From Pirellula staleyi DSM 6068 (GTDB taxonomy: Bacteria > Planctomycetota > Planctomycetia > Pirellulales > Pirellulaceae), in assembly GCA_000025185.1 (NCBI GenBank), contig CP001848.1:2940001-2972000 (forward strand): a DNA stretch of 32,000 bases, read 5' to 3'. The translations under genes were made by a program, and so were the position numbers. The notes under the pieces are model-generated. The model saw only the letters and a program-made list of their open reading frames with translations. It was not told the origin of the DNA and made no database searches. Of the stretch, positions 1 to 7,897 are shown one piece after another; position 1 is the first letter of the stretch; each line of letters begins with the position of its first letter.

Positions 1-53
1 AAGGTGGCCTCAGGTTGTGACACGTTTGGTCACTCGGAGCAAAATTTTCCCAA

Positions 54-98
54 GAAAACGAAAAAGCCCCGCATGCAGTGTTCGGCATGCGGGGCTTT
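54..98 (-). terminator. Rho-independent terminator downstream of the peptidyl-prolyl isomerase gene
   Basis: Perfect 11-bp GC-rich inverted repeat gccccgcatgc (66-76) / gcatgcggggc (85-95) with an 8-nt loop. Read on the minus strand, the stem is followed directly by TTTTTCGTTTTC (complement of 54-65). It lies about 50 nt past the stop codon at 146-148. A short TTT also follows on the plus strand, so it may act in both directions. Confidence 0.7.
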
Positions 99-145
99 CG
101 GTTGGTTATCGAGGGCCCACGAACTATCGCGAGGCTATCAGCTCG

Positions 146-2320
146 TTAGCGAGGGGCTGTGGCCGAGGCAGGAGCAACGCGGGTGGCGTTGTTGGCGGCA
201 GCAGGTCCACCGGCAGGAGCGATTGCTGGAAGCTGCCCCACTTTGCTGGTCCGGCCACTTTGCGACGTACCGGCGAGGAAGTTGTCGATTTGAGCCGAGG
301 CGACCGTGTTGTCGAACTCGGAATTCATCAGGATGCGGAGCTTCTTCTCTTGGATGTCGGCCACCAGCTCGTCCTTCACCGTGGCGAAGTCGGCTTTCAC
401 TGGGCTGGTGCGACCGAGGCAGCGAAGAATGATGTACTGATCACCCACGGCGATCAGACCCGAGAGTTCGCCCGCCTTCAGTTTGAACGCTTCTTCTTCG
501 ATGGCAGCACCGCCACCGTAGCGACGAATCGGAGGAACTTGACCACCGTTGCTACGCGACGAAGGTTCGACCGAGTATTGGCGAGCGAGTTCCGCAAAAA
601 AGTCGTTGGTGGGATTGGCGCGAGCCATTTCCCAAACCTTTTGGGCCTGGCGTTGATCGGTGAGAACGCAAGCGAGCACTTCCACCCGAGGACCGTAGTT
701 CGATTCGTAACCCTTTTGCAGGTCTTCTTCGGTCACTTCGACACGATTGCCCACCAGCTTCTTGAGCGCCACCGAAGGCCAAACAGCATCGCGAATGTAG
801 AGGTCGGGAGTCGCTCCCTGCTCATCAATCACGGTCTTCATCCAGCGTTCGACATCGGGCGTTTGATCGGCTTTCACGAAACCGAACGAAGCTGCAGCGC
901 GAGCCACTTCGGCATCGATATCTTGCTGCGTGATCACCAGCTTCCGTTTGGCCAGTTGTTGCTCGAGCAGCTTGCGATTGATTTCCCCTTCGAGCACCGA
1001 TTCGCCATTGCGGGAGATGCATTCTTCGGAAAGTTGCAGCATGCTGACCGGGCGACCGTTGATGGTCGCGGCAACCCCTGGCATTGCTTTTTGCTTTGCA
1101 GGATCTTCAAACACGTTGACGACCTGAGCCGACTTACGCATGTTCTCGAAGAACTGGGCAGCCGACACGCGGAGCTTGTTTTCGCGAAGTTTATCCGTGA
1201 GACGTTCCTGCTGAGCAGGGATGTGCTGCGGAGCGAGCACCATGCGAGGGACTTGCTCGTCGCACAGCAGAATGTAGTAGAGGTTGGCCACTTTAATGAC
1301 GCTCGAGAGTTCGCCCGGTTTCAGCGAGAAGGCGATTTGTTCGAGAGTGGGGTCGCCCGTGTGCATCCGAATTGGTGGGATCACGCCGCGAGCCGAGGCA
1401 ACTGCAGGATCTTCGCAATATTGCTTCGCCAGATCGCCGAACGATTCGGGTTTGGCAGCAGCAGCGGCGAGAACTTGATCGGCCTTCTCTTTCGAGCTGA
1501 CGGCGATCATGCGAGCGCGAACTTTCGGACCAAATTCCGACTCGAACGCCATTTTGAGTTCTTCGGGGGTGACCTGAATTTTGTCAGCCACCAAACGTCG
1601 CAGGGCAATCATCTGCCACACCACCGTGGTGCGATACTCTTGTTCGCTAAAGCCGCGCTCTTCACGCAGCAGTTGCAGCCAGCGATCGCGGGGGAGACCA
1701 AACTTGTTGGCGATGCGATCGACTTCGTCGTCGACATCTTGTTCGGTGATCACGATGTTTTGAGCGGCACAGGCATCGAGGATCAGCTGACGATTGAGCA
1801 TGCTCTCGAGCACTTCGTTCCCGAAGCGACGCATGCATTCGCGGCCAAGATCGGTGCGGGTGATCTGCTCGCCGTTTACCACGGCCATCACCTGCAGCGT
1901 CTTTTTGCTAGGGGCGACCATCGTGGGGGGCGATGTGCGCGAGGCTGTTTGAGCAGCGGGCTGACCAGCAGGTGCTGCCGGGCGGGCTGTGGGCTGCGCT
2001 GCTGGAGCTGCGGGGCGAGCGACCGGACGAGCCGGGGCTTGAGCCGTGGCGGTGCTCATGGGGATCTGGCGAATCGCCACACCGGCAGCGATTACCATGG
2101 CCGCCGGAATGCCCCAGCGGAGAAGTCGTGCGGCACGCGAGGGCGAGCCAACCGAATTTTGAGTCGAGGATTCCGTTCCAGTCATGTCCATTCTCTCCAT
2201 CGTCATCCGTGAGCGAGCACCGTAGCGATGTTCCGGGCGGAACAGCACTCGGGCGGGAGTTTGCCAGTCGCTTCGCGTCAGCGAAGGGTTGAGTCGATCG
2301 TGGTGCGCGAGCCAGTCCAT
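146..2320 (-). CDS. Membrane-anchored peptidyl-prolyl cis-trans isomerase-like chaperone (two SurA-N-like + parvulin/PpiC-like modules)
   Basis: 724-aa ORF. It has an N-terminal hydrophobic anchor (AARLLRWGIPAAMVIAAGVAI) and an Ala/Pro linker with 2x ARPAAPAxQPx. Two tandem modules follow, each ending in a parvulin-like segment (GVIPPIRMHTGDPTLEQIAFSLKPGELSSVIKVANLYYILLC; GGQVPPIRRYGGGAAIEEEAFKLKAGELSGLIAVGDQYIILRC). The start is uncertain: in-frame ATGs occur at 2206, 2200, 2191 and 2185, with GGAGA about 9 nt upstream of 2185. The overlapping plus-strand ORF 17-2212 has no recognisable motifs. Confidence 0.85.
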   Translation of the reverse strand: MDWLAHHDRLNPSLTRSDWQTPARVLFRPEHRYGARSRMTMERMDMTGTESSTQNSVGSPSRAARLLRWGIPAAMVIAAGVAIRQIPMSTATAQAPARPVARPAAPAAQPTARPAAPAGQPAAQTASRTSPPTMVAPSKKTLQVMAVVNGEQITRTDLGRECMRRFGNEVLESMLNRQLILDACAAQNIVITEQDVDDEVDRIANKFGLPRDRWLQLLREERGFSEQEYRTTVVWQMIALRRLVADKIQVTPEELKMAFESEFGPKVRARMIAVSSKEKADQVLAAAAAKPESFGDLAKQYCEDPAVASARGVIPPIRMHTGDPTLEQIAFSLKPGELSSVIKVANLYYILLCDEQVPRMVLAPQHIPAQQERLTDKLRENKLRVSAAQFFENMRKSAQVVNVFEDPAKQKAMPGVAATINGRPVSMLQLSEECISRNGESVLEGEINRKLLEQQLAKRKLVITQQDIDAEVARAAASFGFVKADQTPDVERWMKTVIDEQGATPDLYIRDAVWPSVALKKLVGNRVEVTEEDLQKGYESNYGPRVEVLACVLTDQRQAQKVWEMARANPTNDFFAELARQYSVEPSSRSNGGQVPPIRRYGGGAAIEEEAFKLKAGELSGLIAVGDQYIILRCLGRTSPVKADFATVKDELVADIQEKKLRILMNSEFDNTVASAQIDNFLAGTSQSGRTSKVGQLPAIAPAGGPAAANNATRVAPASATAPR

Positions 2321-2389
2321 CGTGGACTTGTGGCAGACGCATCTGACGCGAAGTAGCAGCGCACGAATCTCCGGCGCCGCTTGCGAGGA

Positions 2390-2420
2390 GTTATACCGGC
2401 CAGCCCCTAGTGTGGGTCAA
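2390..2420 (-). promoter_or_regulatory. Candidate sigma70-like promoter for the PPIase gene
   Basis: On the minus strand, TTGACC (complement of 2415-2420), a 19-nt spacer, then TATAAC (complement of 2390-2395), about 70 nt upstream of the ATG at 2320. The spacer is long and planctomycete promoter rules are poorly known. Confidence 0.2.
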
Positions 2421-2485
2421 TGCCGATTGAGCCTCCAAACTTGAAGGATTCTCGGAAAATAGTGAGAAATTTGGAGAGCCAGGAA

Positions 2486-2512
2486 GCTAGCACGCCCGAG
2501 GGGCCTGCTAGC
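2486..2512 (-). terminator. Hairpin immediately after the SGNH hydrolase stop codon (possible terminator)
   Basis: Inverted repeat gctagca (2486-2492) / tgctagc (2506-2512) enclosing an inner gccc..gggc pairing. It starts 2 nt beyond the stop codon (2515-2517, minus strand). The downstream minus-strand sequence is only moderately T-rich (ttcctggctctccaaatttctcactatttt). Confidence 0.3.
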
Positions 2513-2514
2513 AG

Positions 2515-3570
2515 CTAGGGAGCACTCGAAATCGAAAGCTTGCGAATCGAGGCTTCGATCGCGGCTGCTTCCGCTTCGGCTTCCTTCACCGATTTTCCGC
2601 GATTCATACCGGGGCGGAGATGGCCAATCTCGGTCAGCCAGGCATCTTTCCGTACGCGCTGACGCTGCGCCACAAGATCGAGGAGTTTGGCGTTCGTCGT
2701 CCCGGCTGGCATCAGCACCTCGAGCGATGCTGCGGCAGCAATATCTTTGTCGCTCGGAAAAAGGGTCATTAGCACCTGCTTGGCCATCAGCCACTGCCCA
2801 GTGGCGCCATGATGCACGCCGTCTCCTGCCAGGACAAACTTCGGGTCCTGCTTCCGCTGCTGTTTTAGGTAGTCGTTCATCGGCCCATGCAGGTCGATCA
2901 CGGTCCAGCCTTCGTCGCGTTTTGAAAGGAGCCACTTCGAGTAGGCTTCGAGCACGCTGTCGTACCCTTCAAACGGCTGTCGATATTCCTCGAGACCAGC
3001 GGGCAATGTTTTTCCCGCGAGAGGCTGCGGATCGAACGGCGGTGGTGTGAGGTGCACAATCTGCGCCCCTTGCTGCGTGGCGATGTCGTGCAGCAGCTGC
3101 ATTTTTTCGCGATAGGCTTTGAAACGCTCTTCGCCGAGCGGGTGATAGATGCCGCAGTTCATGCCGTAGCAGGCAAACACCACATCGGGGTGCAACTTGT
3201 CGAACATTCGCACCAGCCGCTCGTGGACATCGGGTCGTGGAAACTTCCCCCCGGCATGTCCCGGCTCGGAGAGTCCCGAAACCGTCTCGCTCGGTAGTCC
3301 GACATTGATGAAATCGAGATCGAGGTCGTAGAACTTGGTCCGGAACACCCCTTCGATGATTTCGATGTAGCGTCCACCGTAGGTAATGCTGTCCCCCAGA
3401 AACACCACGTTTTTGGCGCCAGAAAACAGTTCGGGAAGCTTCTCGGGTGCGGCCACTGCGGCAGCCGCTTTCCCTTGAGGCTCTTCAGCTTGAGATGTCA
3501 GGGTAAATAGTGTGAGTGAAAGCACCGCTAAAGTGGCAATCGCGATCGGCCGGAGAGGCGGGAAATACAT
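2515..3570 (-). CDS. Secreted SGNH/GDSL-family hydrolase (esterase/lipase-like)
   Basis: 351-aa ORF with an N-terminal signal peptide (MYFPPLRPIAIATLAVLSLTLFTLTSQAEE). SGNH blocks are present: block I VVFLGDSITYGG (nucleophile Ser), block II NVGLPSETVSG, block III YGMNCG, block V GDGVHHG (Asp-x-x-His). Confidence 0.85.
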   Translation of the reverse strand: MYFPPLRPIAIATLAVLSLTLFTLTSQAEEPQGKAAAAVAAPEKLPELFSGAKNVVFLGDSITYGGRYIEIIEGVFRTKFYDLDLDFINVGLPSETVSGLSEPGHAGGKFPRPDVHERLVRMFDKLHPDVVFACYGMNCGIYHPLGEERFKAYREKMQLLHDIATQQGAQIVHLTPPPFDPQPLAGKTLPAGLEEYRQPFEGYDSVLEAYSKWLLSKRDEGWTVIDLHGPMNDYLKQQRKQDPKFVLAGDGVHHGATGQWLMAKQVLMTLFPSDKDIAAAASLEVLMPAGTTNAKLLDLVAQRQRVRKDAWLTEIGHLRPGMNRGKSVKEAEAEAAAIEASIRKLSISSAP

Positions 3571-3623
3571 GGAAAACTTCTTTCTTTATTCTTGGTTACA
3601 TACCGATCTCGGCGGGCCATAAG

Positions 3624-3653
3624 TTGACCAGAAACCGTCGTGGTCAGTAGAAT
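3624..3653 (+). promoter_or_regulatory. Candidate sigma70-like promoter in the divergent intergenic region, facing the DUF1592-family gene
   Basis: TTGACC (3624-3629), an 18-nt spacer, then TAGAAT (3648-3653). The spacer contains the inverted repeat tgacca/tggtca. This would give a leader of about 225 nt before the ATG at 3886. Motif match only. Confidence 0.25.
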
Positions 3654-3885
3654 TAAGGAGTGAGCCGGGCCCCTGGAAGCTGGCGAGCTAGCAAACGCTG
3701 GTCGCTAAATTTCCGCAAGCATCTGGCTCATCCCGCCACAATTCGAACGGACCGACTCGCCCGAGTCGATGACCCAGCAGCAGCGATGCACGCTGGGTCG
3801 ATACTCGTTCGAACAATTGCAGTTGTCACGCAGATGCCGCATCGCGACAGCCGCTTCCTACTTTGCATGCTGAAGGAACCATCCT

Positions 3886-6189
3886 ATGCCCAACCTTCTC
3901 ACCCGAGCAGCACGCTGGTTGATGATCATGCTGGGCGGCATCGTTGGTTGCCACACCCTTCTTGCGCCGACACGCCTCTTGGCGGCAGAACTCACGGGCG
4001 AGCAAATTTATACGCAGCAGTGCGCCGACTGTCACGGAAAATCGGGAGAAGGTGTCGCACAGCATTATGCGACGCCGCTGGCGGGAGATCGTTCGATCGT
4101 CGAACTGGCACGGCTGATCGAAAAAACGATGCCCGAAGGTGAGCCCGAGAAATGCGTCGGCGACGACGCCAAAAAAGTGGCCACCTACATCTACGACACG
4201 TTCTACGGTCCCATCGCCCAAGCCCGGCTTCGGCCAGCTCGCATCGAGCTGTCGCGACTCACGGTGCGTCAGCTACAAAACTCCGTCGCTGACATCTTGG
4301 GAGGCTTTCGTCCCAGTGGCAACTGGGGCGACGAGCGTGGCCTTAAAGGGGAATACTACAAGTCGCGCCGCATGCGCAGCTCCGATGCCGCAATCAAGCG
4401 CGTCGATCCTCGTGTCGACTTCCAGTTTGGCGAAGAGAGCCCCGACCCATCGATCGAAAAAAATGAATTCACCATCGCCTGGGAAGGCTCGGTCTTTGCT
4501 CCCGAAACGGGCGAGTACGAATTCATGGCTCGCACGCACAATGGCGCGCGACTCTTCATCAACGACAGTCGCAAGCCGCTGATCGATGCCTGGGTAAAGT
4601 CGGGCTCCGATACCGATCATCACGAGCCGATAAAGCTGCTCGGTGGCCGCGCCTATTATCTGCGGCTCGAGCTCCTCAAATCGAAAGATGACAAGGAAAA
4701 ACGGGCTTCGATGACACTCCTCTGGAAACGACCTGGTCGTAGCCTGGAAGTGATCACGCCGCAGTTTCTCTCGACACAGTGGCAGCCGACGCGGTTTGTC
4801 CTCAACACCCCCTTTCCGCCCGACGATCGAAGCATTGGCTACGAGCGCGGCACTGCCATTTCCAAAGAGTGGGATCAAGCTTCCACCGATGCCGCGATCG
4901 AAGTTGCTGCTTATGTACGCGACAATCTGAACGAACTGGCTGGCACTCGCGGCGACGCTGGCGACCGCGCTGAGAAGGTCAAACGATTCTGCACCAAGTT
5001 CGTCGAACGTGCTTTCCGCCGACCCATCGACGACGATCTCCGCAAGCTCTACATCGATCGCCATTTTGAAGAGGGAAGCGATCTCGACCTCGCCGTTCAA
5101 AAAGTCGTGCTGCTGGTGATGAAGTCGCCACGCTTTCTCTACCGCGATCTCGATGGTAACGACGATCCCTATGCCACGGCTGAACGACTCGCGTTCTACC
5201 TCTGGGATACCGTTCCCGATGAGCAACTGCTGAAAGATGCCGCAGAAGGTCGCCTGAGCAATCGCGAGCAGATCGAGGCGGCCGCCAATCGGATGGTCTC
5301 CGACCTCAAATGCCGCGCGAAGGTGCGCGAGTTCTTTCGCAACTGGCTTCGCATGGATCACCTGACCGATCTGGCCAAAGATCGCGAACTCTTTCCCGAG
5401 TTCAACGACGAAGTGGTGACCGACCTCCGTAGTTCCCTCGAGATGTTTGTCGACGATGTGGTCTGGAGTGACTCGAGCGATGCCCGGCAACTGCTGCTGG
5501 CCGACTACATCTACCTAAACGGCCGCTTGTCGAAGCTCTACGGCGGCGATCTGGCTGAAAACGCCGACTTCCAAAAAGTGACGCTCCAGTCGCAGCCTCG
5601 CGCTGGCGCACTGACACATCCGTTTTTGCTCTCAGGCTTTGCCTACACCGCCACCAGTTCGCCGATTCATCGCGGGGTGTTCATTGCCCGGAGTGTGCTC
5701 GGTCGTTCGCTCCGTCCACCACCCGAGGCTGTCTCGCCTCTGGCGGCTGAGTTGCATGCCGACCTGACGACGCGTGAACGCATCAATTTGCAAACCAGCA
5801 GCGAAAGCTGCCAAAGTTGCCACGCGATGATCAACCCGCTCGGCTTTACGCTCGAAAATTATGATGCCATCGGTCGTTATCGAACCGAAGAGAAGGGTAA
5901 GCCGATCGACACCACCGGGGGCTATTTGACCCGCACCGGAGAATCGCGCGAGTTCCGTAATGTGAAGGAACTAGCTGATTTTTTGGCCGCGAGCGAAGAG
6001 ACCCACGGCGCGATGGTCGAGCAGATGTTTCACCATTTGGTGAAGCAACCAGCTCGTGCCTATGGCGAAGATACGCTCCCTCATTTGCGTGCATCATTTG
6101 CCGCTGATGGGTATAGTATCCGCAAGCTGCTGGTTCGAACGGCGAGCTTCGCAGCGGAGCCTCGCCCCGCTGCCATGGCCGCCAAGTAA
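3886..6189 (+). CDS. Planctomycete DUF1592/DUF1595/DUF1587/DUF1588/DUF1585-family protein with N-terminal c-type cytochrome and PA14 domain
   Basis: 767-aa ORF with AAGGA 8-12 nt upstream of the ATG and a signal peptide (RWLMIMLGGIVGCHTLLAPTRLLAAE). A class-I cytochrome c motif CADCH lies at 4021-4035, with TMPEG as a possible Met ligand. Family signatures: FCTKFVERAFRRP, PRFLYR, HPFLLSGFAYTATSSPIHRGVFIARSVL, and a second CxxCH (CQSCHAMINPLGFTLENYDAIGRYR, 5809-5823). Confidence 0.9.
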   Translation: MPNLLTRAARWLMIMLGGIVGCHTLLAPTRLLAAELTGEQIYTQQCADCHGKSGEGVAQHYATPLAGDRSIVELARLIEKTMPEGEPEKCVGDDAKKVATYIYDTFYGPIAQARLRPARIELSRLTVRQLQNSVADILGGFRPSGNWGDERGLKGEYYKSRRMRSSDAAIKRVDPRVDFQFGEESPDPSIEKNEFTIAWEGSVFAPETGEYEFMARTHNGARLFINDSRKPLIDAWVKSGSDTDHHEPIKLLGGRAYYLRLELLKSKDDKEKRASMTLLWKRPGRSLEVITPQFLSTQWQPTRFVLNTPFPPDDRSIGYERGTAISKEWDQASTDAAIEVAAYVRDNLNELAGTRGDAGDRAEKVKRFCTKFVERAFRRPIDDDLRKLYIDRHFEEGSDLDLAVQKVVLLVMKSPRFLYRDLDGNDDPYATAERLAFYLWDTVPDEQLLKDAAEGRLSNREQIEAAANRMVSDLKCRAKVREFFRNWLRMDHLTDLAKDRELFPEFNDEVVTDLRSSLEMFVDDVVWSDSSDARQLLLADYIYLNGRLSKLYGGDLAENADFQKVTLQSQPRAGALTHPFLLSGFAYTATSSPIHRGVFIARSVLGRSLRPPPEAVSPLAAELHADLTTRERINLQTSSESCQSCHAMINPLGFTLENYDAIGRYRTEEKGKPIDTTGGYLTRTGESREFRNVKELADFLAASEETHGAMVEQMFHHLVKQPARAYGEDTLPHLRASFAADGYSIRKLLVRTASFAAEPRPAAMAAK
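4339..4770 (+). other. PA14-like domain inside the DUF1592-family protein
   Basis: The segment from GLKGEYYKSRRM...VDFQFG...FTIAWEGSVFAPETGEYEFMARTHNGARLFINDSRKPLIDAW to GGRAYYLRLELLKS...LLWKRPG matches the PA14 pattern (GL.geYY, f..r..G.i....G.Y.F, DDg/NG..l.i.d, GG..Y.i.le). Confidence 0.7.
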
Positions 6190-6341
6190 AGATGTCAGTA
6201 GCTGAACTCATTGACTCCGTAAAAACTGTCTCCGTTAAAGAGGCTTGGCACGGCTGGCTGGTCTGGCCGTGAACAGCTCCGACTGATTCCGCTCTCGATC
6301 CTCCGATTCTGTTTGAACCCCACCGAAGGGAAGCCAAAACC

Positions 6342-7664
6342 ATGATGGGAAACTATCACTCGCGACGTGAGTTCCTCCGCCAACTCGGAGTCACCACCGC
6401 TGCCCTTCCGTTCATCCTGAATCTTCCGAGTCTCGGTTTGGCGGACGAGGCCCCACGCAAAAAGCGGATGGTGGTGATGTTCAGCCCCAACGGCGTGGTT
6501 CCCAAGAACTTCTGGCCCGATGAAGAGGGTGAGAACTTCACGTTCAAGGAAAGCCTCACGCCGCTCGAAGCTTTCAAACAGCAAACCATGGTGCTGCACG
6601 GCGTCTGCGACAAGGTTCGTGGCGACGGCGATAACCACATGCGTGGTATGGGTTGCCTCCTCACCGGCATCGAGCTCTTCCCGGGCAACATCCAAGGTGG
6701 CAGCGATACACCTGCGGGTTGGGCCAGCGGCATTTCGATCGATCAAGAGATCAAGAACTTCCTGCAGAGCAATCCCGAGACTCGCACCCGTTTTGGTTCA
6801 CTCGAGTTTGGTGTGCTCGTTCCCGATCGCGCCGATACTTGGACCCGCATGTGCTACTCCGGATCGAACAAGCCGATCGCTCCGATCGACGATCCGTATC
6901 AGATGTTCAACAAGCTCTATGGTCGCAAGAAAGACCAAGAAGCACTGAAGAGCGTGCTCGATGAACTGCAAGACGACCTGAAGAAGGTGCGCGAGCGGGT
7001 CAGCACCGACGATCGACGCTTGCTCGACGAACACGCCACCTTTGTGCGCGAGATGGAGCAGCAGCTCTCGGCCCAACCAGCCGACGCAATTGCTCACGCG
7101 GAACCCGAAATCGAACAAGGGGTGAAAGAAGAAAACGACAACATCCCGAAGATCAGCAAACTGCAGATCGACTTGATGGTTGCCAGTTTCGCAGCCGACT
7201 TCAGCCGCATCGCGACGCTGCAATACACCAACTCGGTCGGTGGGGCCAAAATGCGTTGGCTCGACATCGATGAATCGCACCACGAATTGTCGCACCACGA
7301 AGACAGCAACGAGAAGTCGCAAGAGAAGCTCACCAAGATCAACAAGTGGTACTGCGAGCAGATGGCATACCTCGCCCAGCGACTTGCCGAAACACCCGAG
7401 CCAGGTGGCCCCGGCAGCCTGCTCGACAACACCACGATTGTGTGGACCAACGAACTGGGGAAGGGTAACTCCCACACCCTCGACAACATCCCCTTTGTGC
7501 TGGTCGGCGGTGGTCTCGATTTCCGCATGGGTCGCTCGGTGAAAATGGGCCGCGTCCCGCACAATCGTTTGCTGCTGTCGATGGCCCACTCTTTTGGACA
7601 TCACCTCACCACCTTCGGTAACCCCGACTTCTGCGGCGATGGTCCTCTCACTGGATTGACGTAG
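6342..7664 (+). CDS. Tat-exported DUF1552 (HXXSHH) family protein
   Basis: 440-aa ORF. Exact twin-arginine motif SRREFL (6360-6377) followed by an h-region and LGLA. HXXSHH signature HELSHH at 7281-7298. It lies 152 nt downstream of, and is co-oriented with, the DUF1592-family gene, which is the usual pairing. Confidence 0.9.
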   Translation: MMGNYHSRREFLRQLGVTTAALPFILNLPSLGLADEAPRKKRMVVMFSPNGVVPKNFWPDEEGENFTFKESLTPLEAFKQQTMVLHGVCDKVRGDGDNHMRGMGCLLTGIELFPGNIQGGSDTPAGWASGISIDQEIKNFLQSNPETRTRFGSLEFGVLVPDRADTWTRMCYSGSNKPIAPIDDPYQMFNKLYGRKKDQEALKSVLDELQDDLKKVRERVSTDDRRLLDEHATFVREMEQQLSAQPADAIAHAEPEIEQGVKEENDNIPKISKLQIDLMVASFAADFSRIATLQYTNSVGGAKMRWLDIDESHHELSHHEDSNEKSQEKLTKINKWYCEQMAYLAQRLAETPEPGGPGSLLDNTTIVWTNELGKGNSHTLDNIPFVLVGGGLDFRMGRSVKMGRVPHNRLLLSMAHSFGHHLTTFGNPDFCGDGPLTGLT

Positions 7665-7897
7665 TGTCGATTTCTTCCCAAGCTCTTGTCTGTGAATGCT
7701 TTAGGGCTGGAGCTCGGGACGGCTGATGTTGGCCTTACGCAACCCATTTCGGGCGTAGTACAATAGAGCTACATCGATGAAGATGTAGACAAAATCGCGT
7801 CCTTTGCATTCCTAGCGGCTGGTTCGTCCTGAGTCGCTAGGAGTACAATCGCCCCCTACGCGACACGCACTAAGCCGCTGCTGTAGTTCCAAGATGG

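Noticed and set aside
17-2212. 731-aa plus-strand ORF overlapping the PPIase gene
   Set aside because: It is antisense to an ORF with clear SurA/parvulin motifs. Its translation is Arg/Gly/His-rich with no recognisable domain. This is a typical shadow ORF in GC3-rich DNA.
3660-4142. 160-aa plus-strand ORF spanning the leader and the start of the DUF1592-family gene
   Set aside because: It is out of frame with a well-supported gene that has an RBS and a signal peptide at 3886. The translation is Arg/Ala-rich with no motifs.
4273-5490. 405-aa minus-strand ORF inside the DUF1592-family gene
   Set aside because: It is antisense to a gene with family signatures along its whole length. It has no motifs of its own.
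7811-7841. Hairpin with a ggttcg loop resembling a tRNA T-arm upstream of trkH
   Set aside because: There is no acceptor, D or anticodon arm in the surrounding sequence, and the loop is 17 nt. This is not a tRNA. I kept it only as a possible operator or leader hairpin.
7665-7897. Possible c-di-AMP (ydaO-type) riboswitch upstream of the K+ transporter genes
   Set aside because: K+ uptake operons are often riboswitch-controlled. However, I could not recognise the pseudo-symmetric ydaO core motifs in this 233-nt region, so the idea is unsupported without an Rfam/Infernal scan.
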